Assembly: GCA_036388355.1 (NCBI GenBank)
Contig: DASVRZ010000135.1
Location: forward strand, 5,240 to 69,239
Direction: 5' to 3'
Source of the DNA: Chthoniobacterales bacterium
GTDB taxonomy: Bacteria; Verrucomicrobiota; Verrucomicrobiia; Chthoniobacterales; DASVRZ01
DNA: 64,000 nucleotides
Positions 7,038-16,199 of the stretch are shown here, piece after piece. The translations under genes were made by a program, and so were the position numbers. The notes under the pieces are model-generated. The model was not told the DNA's origin, made no database searches, and saw nothing but the letters and a program-made list of their open reading frames with translations. Within the stretch, counting starts at the first letter, position 1. Each line of letters starts with the position of its first letter.

Positions 7038-9329
7038 CTAAACAGGCGGCTCGCCGACGATCTGCACTTCGGTTTCCAGCTCGATGCCGCGTTCGGTGCG
7101 GGCGGTGTGCTGAATCTGACGGATCAGGCGCATCACTTCCGTAGCACTGGCGCCGCCGTCATTAACGATAAAATTACCATGTACCTCCGAGACACGGGCG
7201 GGGCCGACGTGGCTGTTCTTCAGTCCGAGTTCCTGGACGAGTTTGCCGGCGGGAACATCTGCAGGGTTCTTGAAAATACAGCCAGCGCTAGCGGCAATCG
7301 GCTGGCTGCCTTTCCGCTTCTCCATCGAGGTGCGGGTGAGTTGATCGATTTCTTGCTGATCGCCCGGAGTGCCTTGGAACACGGCCGAGACGGCGTAATT
7401 TTTCGCCAGCATCGGCACGCTGCGGTAGCGGACCTTGATCTCGCTCGGAGTGACTTCGTGCAATTGCCCAAACGAGTCGAAATAGCGGAAGCTAACCACC
7501 TGAGAAAAGGTATCGGCGTTCATCGCGCCTGCATTCATTCGGAGGCTGCCGCCGACACTGCCGGGGATACCTTCCATCCATTCGAATCCTGCGAGGTTGG
7601 CGTTCTTCGCTGCCGCCGCGAGCTGCTTGAGCCGCACGCCGACACCCGCGCGGATCGTCGTTCCTTCTACCGTGAGCTGCGCAAATTCGCCGTCGTTTAG
7701 ATGAGCGACGATTCCGGGGACGCCGCCATCCTGCACCAGCAGGTTCGATCCGCGGCCCACCACCATGAAGGCGAGATCGTTTTCGCGCGCATAGCAAATC
7801 AAGGAGGCGAAGGCTTCCTCGGTTTGTGGTTCCACCCAGAATTGCGCCGGGCCGCCGACCCGCAACGTGGTGTGGCGGGCGAAAGGTTCGTAAAGCTTGA
7901 CGGTGTGAGGTCCGGTAAACGCCTGGATCTGATCCACATGCCGCAAGTCGCCGATGAGCCGCGTGCCTTGCTCGTGAATGTCGCCTGCGCCGAGCGTGAG
8001 AACGAGATCGCCCTCGGTTAGCTGCGGCGCAATCTCCTTCCAGAGGAGCTCTTTTCGTGGGCGATAGAAAATGTTCGTCATCCCCAACGCCTGCGCAGCA
8101 TCGACAATGGTCTGCCCGCTGATTCCCGGAATCGGCGCTTCACTCGCGGCGTAAACATCGGTGACATACACCTGATCGGCGAGGGTAAAGGCCTGACCGA
8201 ACGCGTCTTTCAACGCCGCAGTGCGGGTGTAGCGATGCGGCTGGAAGAGAACAATAATCCGCTTCGCACCCTCGGAGCGGGCGGTGGCGAGAGTGGCTTT
8301 GACCTCCGTCGGATGATGCCCGTAGTCGTCCACAACTCGGATGCCGCGCTCGTTGTATTTCACCTCGAAACGGCGACGCGCGCCGCGGAAATTCTCCAGC
8401 GCCTCCCGGATTTTTCCCGCTTCGACGCCTAGCTCGCTGGCCAGAGCAATGACGGCGGTGGCGTTGCTCACATTATGCGCGCCGGGAATGTTTAGGACAA
8501 ACGACCCGAGCCGTTCCTTGCCGCGGCTCACCTCGAAAGTGGTCTGGAAGTTGCCCGTGCTAACAACCGTATACCGATACCGGCAATCGGCACCGGTCCC
8601 GTAGGAAACGGCTCCCGCGTGTTTTCCACAAACACGCGCGGCGTGAGGATCATCGCCGCAATAGACAACCATCCCGGGCGTCTGGGAGATGAGTTGCTCG
8701 AAAACGGTCTCGATGTGCGCGAGGTCTTTATAGAAATCGAGGTGTTCCTCCTCGATGTTCAGGATGATCGCGTGCTCGGGATGATAGTTGACCAGTGTGC
8801 CGTCGCTTTCGTCGCCTTCGGCCACGAAATTCTCGCCGAGGGCATCCCAATAGGCGTTGGTTCCGAGGATCGGAATCTCGGCGCCGACATAATGCGAGGG
8901 ACGCAATCCGCCGACGCGCAAGACGTGAGCCGCCATCGATGACGTGGTGGTTTTCCCGTGCATGCCGGCGACAACGATACCTTTCTTGGCACCCATGATT
9001 GCGCTGAGGGCTTCGGCGCGGCGGATCATCGGCAGGCACAGGCGAACGGCTTCGTCGTAGGCCGGGTTGCCGCTTTTGATGGCAGAAGAGTAAATGACGA
9101 ACTCCGTATTTTGCACGGATTTGGCGGTTTGTTGCGCACGGAAACGCAGGCCGAGCCCGGTGAGACGCTCCACTTCGCGGCTGGAGGTGCGGTCGCAACC
9201 GCTCACGCGGTGGCCCAGGGCGAGGAGCAAACCGGCGATGCCGCTCATGCCGGAGCCAGCGACTCCGAGGAGATGGATCTGCCGCGGTGGGCCCGTGAAA
9301 ATCGATGTGAGCTCAGCAATGGTGGACAT
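7038..9329 (-). CDS. murC/murB: Fused UDP-N-acetylmuramate--L-alanine ligase / UDP-N-acetylenolpyruvoylglucosamine reductase (MurC N-terminal, MurB C-terminal)
   Basis: Residues 1 to about 465 are MurC (GVAGSGMSGIA, GMHGKTTTSSM, DDYGHHPTE). Residues about 480-763 are MurB (HTTLRVGGPAQFW, VVGRGSNLLV, AGCIFKNP, SEVHGNFIVN). It is a single uninterrupted 763-aa ORF. Confidence 0.92.
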   Translation of the reverse strand: MSTIAELTSIFTGPPRQIHLLGVAGSGMSGIAGLLLALGHRVSGCDRTSSREVERLTGLGLRFRAQQTAKSVQNTEFVIYSSAIKSGNPAYDEAVRLCLPMIRRAEALSAIMGAKKGIVVAGMHGKTTTSSMAAHVLRVGGLRPSHYVGAEIPILGTNAYWDALGENFVAEGDESDGTLVNYHPEHAIILNIEEEHLDFYKDLAHIETVFEQLISQTPGMVVYCGDDPHAARVCGKHAGAVSYGTGADCRYRYTVVSTGNFQTTFEVSRGKERLGSFVLNIPGAHNVSNATAVIALASELGVEAGKIREALENFRGARRRFEVKYNERGIRVVDDYGHHPTEVKATLATARSEGAKRIIVLFQPHRYTRTAALKDAFGQAFTLADQVYVTDVYAASEAPIPGISGQTIVDAAQALGMTNIFYRPRKELLWKEIAPQLTEGDLVLTLGAGDIHEQGTRLIGDLRHVDQIQAFTGPHTVKLYEPFARHTTLRVGGPAQFWVEPQTEEAFASLICYARENDLAFMVVGRGSNLLVQDGGVPGIVAHLNDGEFAQLTVEGTTIRAGVGVRLKQLAAAAKNANLAGFEWMEGIPGSVGGSLRMNAGAMNADTFSQVVSFRYFDSFGQLHEVTPSEIKVRYRSVPMLAKNYAVSAVFQGTPGDQQEIDQLTRTSMEKRKGSQPIAASAGCIFKNPADVPAGKLVQELGLKNSHVGPARVSEVHGNFIVNDGGASATEVMRLIRQIQHTARTERGIELETEVQIVGEPPV

Positions 9330-9338
9330 GGGGAGGGA

Positions 9339-10427
9339 CTATCGATGGCATTGTTGTTCGATCAAATCCACAACGGCTGCGGCTGCGTCTTGTTTGGAAA
9401 AAACTTTGGTCTTCGCCGCCATATTGAAGAGCAATTCGGGCTTGGTGAGCACGTTATGGAGGATTTCTGCGAGGTCTCCGCCGATGGCATTTTCCTCGCG
9501 GCACAAGATCGCAGCCCCCGAGCGCACCATGATCTGAGCGTTGTGGGTTTGGTGATCCTCCGCGGCGTAAGGGTAGGGAATGAGGACGGACGGGATGCCG
9601 AAATAGGACAGCTCAGTGAGGCTCGCCGCACCGGATCGGGAAATGGCGAGATCGGCCACGGAATAGGCTTCCTGCATTTCGTGATGGAAGGCGGCGACGT
9701 AAGCGGCACGTCCCTGGCGGGCGTATTCTTCGCGAACGGTTTCTTCGCCCTGCTTGCCGGTGAGATGAATGACCTGGAGCTCGTCCGCCGGAAAAGTCGC
9801 GAGCGCAGCGGAGGCGGCGCGGTTGAGACCTTGAGCGCCCTGGCTGCCGCCCATGATGAGCAGAGTGCGCATGCCTTCGCGCAGGCCGAATTTTTCGAAG
9901 ACCGCGTGACGATTCACCGGACTCCGCAGGCTGTGCCGAACGGGCGTGCCGGTGATGGCGGTGCGGGCTTTCGGGAAAAGCGGGGCGCACTCTCCGAAGC
10001 CGAGCAACACCGTGGAGGTGAAGCGGGAGGTGAGTTTATTCGCCTTGCCGGGAATGGCGTTGGACTCGTGAATGAAGGTGGGAACCTTGCGCGCGCGGCC
10101 CGCCAAAATGGGCGCGGTGGAGGTGAAGCCGCCCATGCCGAGAACGGCGTCGGGCGCAAAGCTCTCGAAGATGTGGCGACATTTATTATAGCTGCCGACG
10201 AACCCGACCATGAACTTGGCAATCGCGGGCGAAAAGACGCTCGGCATGCCGACGGAGGGAAGTTTTTCGAGCCGCACATCGGTGCGCCCTTGCGTGGCGA
10301 GGGAGTCGATTTCTTTTTCCGAGATGAAGATGAGAACCTGATGCCCGCGCTCGAGGAGAACGTCAGCTACAGCCAGGCCGGGAAACAGATGGCCTCCGGT
10401 GCCACCACATGCGATCGCGATATTCAT
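9339..10427 (-). CDS. murG: UDP-N-acetylglucosamine--N-acetylmuramyl-(pentapeptide) pyrophosphoryl-undecaprenol GlcNAc transferase
   Basis: MNIAIACGGTGGHLFPGLAVA and GGSQGA motifs, plus dcw position. Confidence 0.93.
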   Translation of the reverse strand: MNIAIACGGTGGHLFPGLAVADVLLERGHQVLIFISEKEIDSLATQGRTDVRLEKLPSVGMPSVFSPAIAKFMVGFVGSYNKCRHIFESFAPDAVLGMGGFTSTAPILAGRARKVPTFIHESNAIPGKANKLTSRFTSTVLLGFGECAPLFPKARTAITGTPVRHSLRSPVNRHAVFEKFGLREGMRTLLIMGGSQGAQGLNRAASAALATFPADELQVIHLTGKQGEETVREEYARQGRAAYVAAFHHEMQEAYSVADLAISRSGAASLTELSYFGIPSVLIPYPYAAEDHQTHNAQIMVRSGAAILCREENAIGGDLAEILHNVLTKPELLFNMAAKTKVFSKQDAAAAVVDLIEQQCHR

Positions 10428-10430
10428 GGG

Positions 10431-11576
10431 TTACAGGCGGATGGTGTTCCGGGTTTTGGCCGCGAGGACCTGGGTCATTGGCGCGAAGTCGACAACCTCG
10501 CTGCGGCGGTGAATGCTAATCAGGATGCCCACGAAAAGCAGGCAGAGGCAGAGGTTCGATCCGCCGTAGCTCACGAAGGGAAGCGGCATGCCTTTATTCG
10601 GGAGTAAAGCAGTGGTGACACCAATGTTGATAGCGGCCTGAATGGCTAGAAGCATCACGCAGCCGAAGCCTAGCAAGCGCCCGAAGTGATCTCGTGCGCA
10701 GAGGGAAATATAGGTGCCGGAGAGGAGGATAATGACATACAGCGAGACGATGCCGAGGGTGAAGCCGAGCCCGAGTTCCTCGCCGACGACGGGGAAAATA
10801 AAGTCGGTGTGCGCGTAGGGCAGGAAGAGCAATTTTTGGCGGCCGTTGCCCAAGCCGAGGCCTTCGACGCCGCCGGAACCGAAGGCGATTAAGCCCGCCC
10901 ATTGCTGCAACCCGCCGGCTTCCTTGTATTTCTCGAGGTGGAGAAACGACGTGATGCGTTCTGCGCGTTCCGGCATTTGCGTGATGATGAAGGCGAGGCC
11001 GATGACGCCAGCCAAAATGAGCGGGAGGAAGTAGCGAAAGCGGCTGCCGGCCACAAACATCACCGTGAACATGGTGCTCGCGATGAGGATGGTGGCGCCG
11101 AGGTCCGTCTCGATCACGATCAGGCCGAGAAGGACCCCGACGACGCCGCAGGGAATGAGGAACCCGTGAACGAAGGTTTGCGTCTTTTCCTGATGCTTCG
11201 AGAACCAGGCGGCGAGGAAGATAACGCTCGAAAGCTTGGCTAGCTCAGACGGTTGGAAGCTAAAGCCGCCGATTCGCAGCCAACGATAGGAGCCGTTGAT
11301 CTCACGGCCAAACGGAGGCAAACAGAGGATGAGCAGAACGACGGTGAGGCCGAAAAGGTAGGGCCAGAGTTTTTGCCAGAGATGGTAGTCGGTCATCGAC
11401 ACTATGACGGCGCTGACGAGGCCGAGGGCTAGCCAGGCCGATTGCTGACGGAGAAACTTGGAAGTGTCGCCGTGGTTATCTGCCGCGAAAGCACCTGTGC
11501 TCGAAAGCATGACGAGCCCCACTGTGAGAACAGCGAGGACCGCAACGACTAACAGGTAAACTCCGCGGGACGACAT
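10431..11576 (-). CDS. ftsW: Lipid II flippase / peptidoglycan glycosyltransferase FtsW (SEDS family)
   Basis: Polytopic membrane protein with SEDS motifs (QPSELAKL, HTDFIFPVVGEELG, LPNKGMPLPFVSYGGS). Confidence 0.9.
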   Translation of the reverse strand: MSSRGVYLLVVAVLAVLTVGLVMLSSTGAFAADNHGDTSKFLRQQSAWLALGLVSAVIVSMTDYHLWQKLWPYLFGLTVVLLILCLPPFGREINGSYRWLRIGGFSFQPSELAKLSSVIFLAAWFSKHQEKTQTFVHGFLIPCGVVGVLLGLIVIETDLGATILIASTMFTVMFVAGSRFRYFLPLILAGVIGLAFIITQMPERAERITSFLHLEKYKEAGGLQQWAGLIAFGSGGVEGLGLGNGRQKLLFLPYAHTDFIFPVVGEELGLGFTLGIVSLYVIILLSGTYISLCARDHFGRLLGFGCVMLLAIQAAINIGVTTALLPNKGMPLPFVSYGGSNLCLCLLFVGILISIHRRSEVVDFAPMTQVLAAKTRNTIRL

Positions 11577-11578
11577 GG

Positions 11579-12364
11579 TTACTTCTGAGGAATGATCAAC
11601 TTCTGCCCGATCTGAAGTTTCTTGGGATCCATGATCTTGTTAGCTTCCACCAGATCGACGTATTTGATGCCGTTCTTCTTGGCGATGAGGACGGGGTTGT
11701 CGCCTTTTTGCACGACGTAGATTTTGCCTTCGCCAGCTGGGACGGGCTCAGCTGCAGCGACAGGCTTCGGAGCGGTCGCAGGAACGCTCACCGGCGCGGC
11801 TGGGGCTGCCTTGGTGGAGGTGACCACTTTCGGGGGAGCGGCGACCTTCGTTTGAGCAGCCGGAGCTGTAGGAGCGGCTGTTTCCGCTTTTTGGTTCTGG
11901 GAGAGTTGCAGCAATTTCTGGACGTTCAGTGGCACAGGCTGCGCGGTGGATTTCGCTGGGATAACCAACTTGTCCCCGGGCTTGATCGAGCTGTTTTCCG
12001 AGAGGTGATTGGCGGCTTCCAGGTCGTTGCGGGTAATGCCAAAGGTGGAGGCGATACTGCCGAGCGTATCCGCGCCAGAGACGACGTAGAGGCGGCTGTC
12101 GGACGGGAGAACGGGGGCCTTTTCCGAGAGGCCTGCCGCAACGGGAGCGTCAGTGTCTTCTGGTGTGGATTTTTTCAGGGAGCTGAAGGCGAGAATACCG
12201 CCCACCGCAACAACGTGCAGCAGCATGACCACGAGAAAGGCGCGGGAGAGCCGCACGTTCGGCTCATCGGTATCGTAATCCTCCGCGATCGGCATGGTAG
12301 CGCGACGCGTGGTGGCGTTCATTTTCTTGGGCTGGGGTTTTTGGAACAAGTTCTTGATGTTCAT
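11579..12364 (-). CDS. Bitopic membrane protein with two LysM peptidoglycan-binding domains
   Basis: One TM helix (FLVVMLLHVVAVGGILAF). LysM1 is YVVSGADTLGSIASTFGITRNDLEAANHL...PGDKLVIP. A Pro/Ala-rich linker follows. LysM2 is YVVQKGDNPVLIAKKNGIKYVDLVEANKI...IGQKLIIP. There is a 4-nt ATGA overlap with murD. Confidence 0.85.
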   Translation of the reverse strand: MNIKNLFQKPQPKKMNATTRRATMPIAEDYDTDEPNVRLSRAFLVVMLLHVVAVGGILAFSSLKKSTPEDTDAPVAAGLSEKAPVLPSDSRLYVVSGADTLGSIASTFGITRNDLEAANHLSENSSIKPGDKLVIPAKSTAQPVPLNVQKLLQLSQNQKAETAAPTAPAAQTKVAAPPKVVTSTKAAPAAPVSVPATAPKPVAAAEPVPAGEGKIYVVQKGDNPVLIAKKNGIKYVDLVEANKIMDPKKLQIGQKLIIPQK

Positions 12365-13704
12365 GGTGCGGTCGGTGTGAGTTTGGAAAGGTTTCTAGCT
12401 GCCTGGCGAAATTGTTCCCCGCGATCTGCGTAGTCGCGGAACATGTCAAAGGAAGAGGTGCCCGGGGAAAAGAGAACGGTGTCTCCGGTGCGGGCGAGAG
12501 TGTGGGCCTTCTGGACGGCTTCCTGCAAGCTTGATGTTAGAAAGCATGGCGCCGCTGCGGCCCAGTCGTTGCGAATTCTTTCAGCCATTTCGCCGATGAG
12601 AATGGCGGCGGAAACTTTCTCGCTGATCAAAGAGTGGAGCGAGGCGAAGTCGAAGCCTTTGTCTTTGCCGCCTGCGATGAGAATGACCTTCCGCGGATCG
12701 AGCGTGAGCGCCTTGGCGAGGGAATCGACGTTGGTGGATTTCGAGTCGTTAATATAGCGAACGCCGTCCACGGTGGTGACGAGTTCGCAGCGGTGAGGCG
12801 ACGGGCGGTAGGCCTGCAACGCGGGAAGCAGCGCAGAAAACGGGAGCCCCAGCGCGGTGCCTGTGGCGAGCGCAGCCATGAGGTTTTCGATATTGTGCAG
12901 GCCGATGAGCTGAAAGGAGTCGAGTCGGGCAACGGGTTCGCCGCGGTAAGCTATGGCCTCATCAGCGATCGTAAAATCGGCGGGCAAACCGTAGGCGCTG
13001 AAGGTGATCTTCTGCGCGACTAGCTCGGGTAGATCATCCGCGGCGTTGCAGACGGCGAAGTCTTTCGTGGTTTGGTTCTCGAAAATCCGCAGCTTGGCCG
13101 CACGATACTCTTCCATGGAGGCGTAGCGGTCGAGATGATCCGGGGTGAGGTTTAGCCAGAGCGAGATGTGCGGGCGGAAAGTGGAAATCGTTTCCAACTG
13201 AAACGAGCTCACTTCCAGAGTGACGAGATTCAGCGAGTCCTGCTGCTCTCCAACAACTTCCGAAAAGGGCAGGCCGATGTTGCCGCAGGCGACGGTGGGC
13301 TGGCCTGCGCTGTTGAGCATGGCGGCGATCAGCTCAGTTGTGGTGGTTTTGCCGTTGGTGCCCGTGATCGCGACAACAGGTCTGGTGCAATATTGGTAGG
13401 CGGCCTCGAGTTCGCCGGTTAGCGGAATGCCGCGATCCGAAAACTGTTGGGCAAAACGGCTGGCGAGATCAATGCCCGGGCTGACGACCGCAGTGGAAAA
13501 TGTTTGGTCGGAAACGACCGCATCCTCGCCGGTCAGAACGGTGATGCCGCTCTCGCGCAAAGCAGCCGCCCGAGCCTGGAGTGCCTCGCTGTTGCCGGAG
13601 TCAAGCACGGTGATTTTCGCCCCTTTGGAGGAGAGCAAACGCGCGACGGATTCGCCGCTCCGGGCGAGTCCTAACACCGCGATATGTTTTCCGGCGACGT
13701 CCAT
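12361..13704 (-). CDS. murD: UDP-N-acetylmuramoylalanine--D-glutamate ligase
   Basis: VAITGTNGKTTTTEL P-loop and WLNLTPDHLDRY, a Mur ligase domain layout, and dcw position. Confidence 0.93.
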   Translation of the reverse strand: MDVAGKHIAVLGLARSGESVARLLSSKGAKITVLDSGNSEALQARAAALRESGITVLTGEDAVVSDQTFSTAVVSPGIDLASRFAQQFSDRGIPLTGELEAAYQYCTRPVVAITGTNGKTTTTELIAAMLNSAGQPTVACGNIGLPFSEVVGEQQDSLNLVTLEVSSFQLETISTFRPHISLWLNLTPDHLDRYASMEEYRAAKLRIFENQTTKDFAVCNAADDLPELVAQKITFSAYGLPADFTIADEAIAYRGEPVARLDSFQLIGLHNIENLMAALATGTALGLPFSALLPALQAYRPSPHRCELVTTVDGVRYINDSKSTNVDSLAKALTLDPRKVILIAGGKDKGFDFASLHSLISEKVSAAILIGEMAERIRNDWAAAAPCFLTSSLQEAVQKAHTLARTGDTVLFSPGTSSFDMFRDYADRGEQFRQAARNLSKLTPTAP

Positions 13705-13707
13705 GGT

Positions 13708-14817
13708 TTAGCGAAGCTTGAGAGTGGCGAGGCCGAGGAGCGCGAAGATGAGCGACAGGATCCAGAAGCGCACGATGACGGTGTTTTCCTTCCAGCCCAT
13801 GAGCTCGAAATGGTGGTGGATGGGCGACATTTTGAAGACCCGCTTTCCCGTCGTTTTAAAGCTGATGACCTGAATGATAACGGAGCACGCCTCGATGACG
13901 AAAATGCCTCCGACGACCACGAGCAGGAGCTCTTGTTTGCAGCAAATGGCGACGACGGCGAGCATTCCGCCGATCGAAAGAGAGCCGGTGTCGCCCATGA
14001 AAACCCGCGCCGGGTGGGCGTTGAACCAGAGGAATCCCAAGCCAGCGCCGGCCAGTGCCATGCAAGCCACGGTGAGCTCGGAGGCTTGGAGGTTATGTGG
14101 AATCTGGAGATAGCGTGCGACGACGAAGTTTCCCGTGCACCAGGACAATACCGCGTACGCAACTGACGTCGTGATCGTGCAACCCGTAGCGAGTCCATCG
14201 AGTCCGTCGGTGAGATTTACGGCGTTCGAGGTGCCTGCGATTATGGCGGTATAGAACACGAATGCGCCGATTAACCCGAATGCGAAAATGGGTTCTTTAT
14301 AGAAGGGAATGTAGAGTTCGCGCGTCTGGGAAGCCGACGCCGGATCCCACAAGAGGAACGCGGTGATGCCTGCTGCTAGAACAATCTGGCCGACTAACTT
14401 CAGCCGTCCAGGGAGGCCGGCCGAGTTCTGCTTTTTGACCTTTAGATAATCGTCGATAAACCCAATGGTTGCGAGATAGACGATGGTGAAGAGGACCAGC
14501 CACACGAAATGGTTGTCGGATCTCGCCCAGAGCATGGTGGACACCACGACAGACCCCATCAAGAGCACACCGCCCATGGTGGGAGTGCCCTTTTTCGCTC
14601 CCTGGAGTTCGAACAGCTTATTGACCTCTTCCTTTGTGCGAATCGGCTGACCCACTTTGAGGGAGATCAACTTGCGGATAACGAAGTTTCCAAAGACCAA
14701 GCACAGGAGAAACGACGTGATCGCCGCCATCGCCGCGCGAAAGCTAATGTACTGGAAAACATTCAGTGCCGACTGAAGAGCCGGATCACCGCCGAGCTGG
14801 GAAAGATAGTACAACAT
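13708..14817 (-). CDS. mraY: Phospho-N-acetylmuramoyl-pentapeptide transferase
   Basis: GTPTMGGV, NAVNLTDGLDGLA and PIHHHFEL motifs. Confidence 0.95.
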   Translation of the reverse strand: MLYYLSQLGGDPALQSALNVFQYISFRAAMAAITSFLLCLVFGNFVIRKLISLKVGQPIRTKEEVNKLFELQGAKKGTPTMGGVLLMGSVVVSTMLWARSDNHFVWLVLFTIVYLATIGFIDDYLKVKKQNSAGLPGRLKLVGQIVLAAGITAFLLWDPASASQTRELYIPFYKEPIFAFGLIGAFVFYTAIIAGTSNAVNLTDGLDGLATGCTITTSVAYAVLSWCTGNFVVARYLQIPHNLQASELTVACMALAGAGLGFLWFNAHPARVFMGDTGSLSIGGMLAVVAICCKQELLLVVVGGIFVIEACSVIIQVISFKTTGKRVFKMSPIHHHFELMGWKENTVIVRFWILSLIFALLGLATLKLR

Positions 14818-16199
14818 TAGCGTGTAGTGGCTGATGAAACGGGTTCGAGGCTGAGGGCGAGCTCATCGATCACTTGTTCCATACGGGCGGAGCGGCTGCC
14901 TTTGACGAGCACGCAATCCCCTGGCTGGAGCAGGGTAAGCAGAGCGGCGGCAGCCTGCCGGGTGTCGGCGGTGCGAATGACGCGCGTGGCGGCGGATTTC
15001 TCGGCTTCGTCCGCAATCCATTCCGCGGTCTTTCCGACAGTGACGAGAATATCGACATCCTGACTGGCCGCTCCCACTTTGCGATGCCCCTCCTCCGCGT
15101 ATTCGCCCAGTTCCCCCATTGCGCCGAGCACAGCGACGTGTTTTCCCATGCTGGAGATGGATTCCAGTGTGGCCAAAGCGGCGAGCATAGAATCGGGATT
15201 TGCATTATAAGAGTCGTCGAGAAAATGGATGCCTCCGATTTCCTTGCTTTCCAAGCGTCCGCTGGTGAGCTGGATTTTCCCAAGCGTATCGACAGCCGTT
15301 TTGAGAGAAATACCGTGAGCCAGTCCCGCGGCCAGGGCGAGCATCGCGTTGCCGACCATGTGATTGCCGGGAATCGGGAGAAACGCGGGAATCGTCTCGG
15401 ATTGATAGCTGACGAGGAAAGTGGTTCCGTCGGCGGCAGTGTTGAGCTCGGTTGCGCAGACGTCGCCCGCCTCGATCCCGGCGGTAATGACTTTCGCTTT
15501 GCAGCGTTTTGCGATGGAAGGAGTGAACGAGTCGTTCGCGTTGAGAATGACTACACCTTCAGCCGAAACCGCGAGAGCCAGCTCCGATTTTTCTTGAGCG
15601 ATGGCTTCCTGAGTTTTCATGAACTCGATGTGCGCAGTGCCAATGTTAGTGATGATCGCCACGTCGGGCGCGGCAATCGCGGCGAGGGGAGCGATCTCAC
15701 CGGGATGATTCATCCCCATCTCCAGAACCGCGACCTGATGTGAATCGTCGATTGAGAGGACTGAAAGCGGCAGGCCGATGTGGTTGTTGAGGTTGCCCTG
15801 CGTTTTGATGACGGAAAAGCGGCTTCCGAAGACCGCCGCGGTGAGATCCTTTGTACTGGTCTTGCCATTGCTGCCGGTGATGCCGACGACGTGGCATTGG
15901 AGCGACGTGCGGTAGTTCTTTGCCAGCGTCTGCAAACCGTCGAGCGTGTCGTTCACCCGAATGACAGCCGCTTCGCTTTCCACATTTTGATCCACCAACA
16001 CCGCGGAAGGAGCGGAGGCGGTGAACTCGCGCACAAATGTGTGCGCGTCGTGGTTAGGTCCTTTCAGAGCCACGAACAAATCACCCGGCTGCACGGTTCG
16101 GCTATCCGTCACCACACGGCGAACGGTAACGGAATCCGGCCCGGAAACGAGTTTCCCGGCGGCCATCTGAGCGATTTGCGATGCGGCCAGTGGGTTCAT
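14817..16199 (-). CDS. murF: UDP-N-acetylmuramoyl-tripeptide--D-alanyl-D-alanine ligase
   Basis: GITGSNGKTSTKD, AIITNIGTAHIEF and DDSYNANPDSM motifs. Confidence 0.93.
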   Translation of the reverse strand: MNPLAASQIAQMAAGKLVSGPDSVTVRRVVTDSRTVQPGDLFVALKGPNHDAHTFVREFTASAPSAVLVDQNVESEAAVIRVNDTLDGLQTLAKNYRTSLQCHVVGITGSNGKTSTKDLTAAVFGSRFSVIKTQGNLNNHIGLPLSVLSIDDSHQVAVLEMGMNHPGEIAPLAAIAAPDVAIITNIGTAHIEFMKTQEAIAQEKSELALAVSAEGVVILNANDSFTPSIAKRCKAKVITAGIEAGDVCATELNTAADGTTFLVSYQSETIPAFLPIPGNHMVGNAMLALAAGLAHGISLKTAVDTLGKIQLTSGRLESKEIGGIHFLDDSYNANPDSMLAALATLESISSMGKHVAVLGAMGELGEYAEEGHRKVGAASQDVDILVTVGKTAEWIADEAEKSAATRVIRTADTRQAAAALLTLLQPGDCVLVKGSRSARMEQVIDELALSLEPVSSATTR

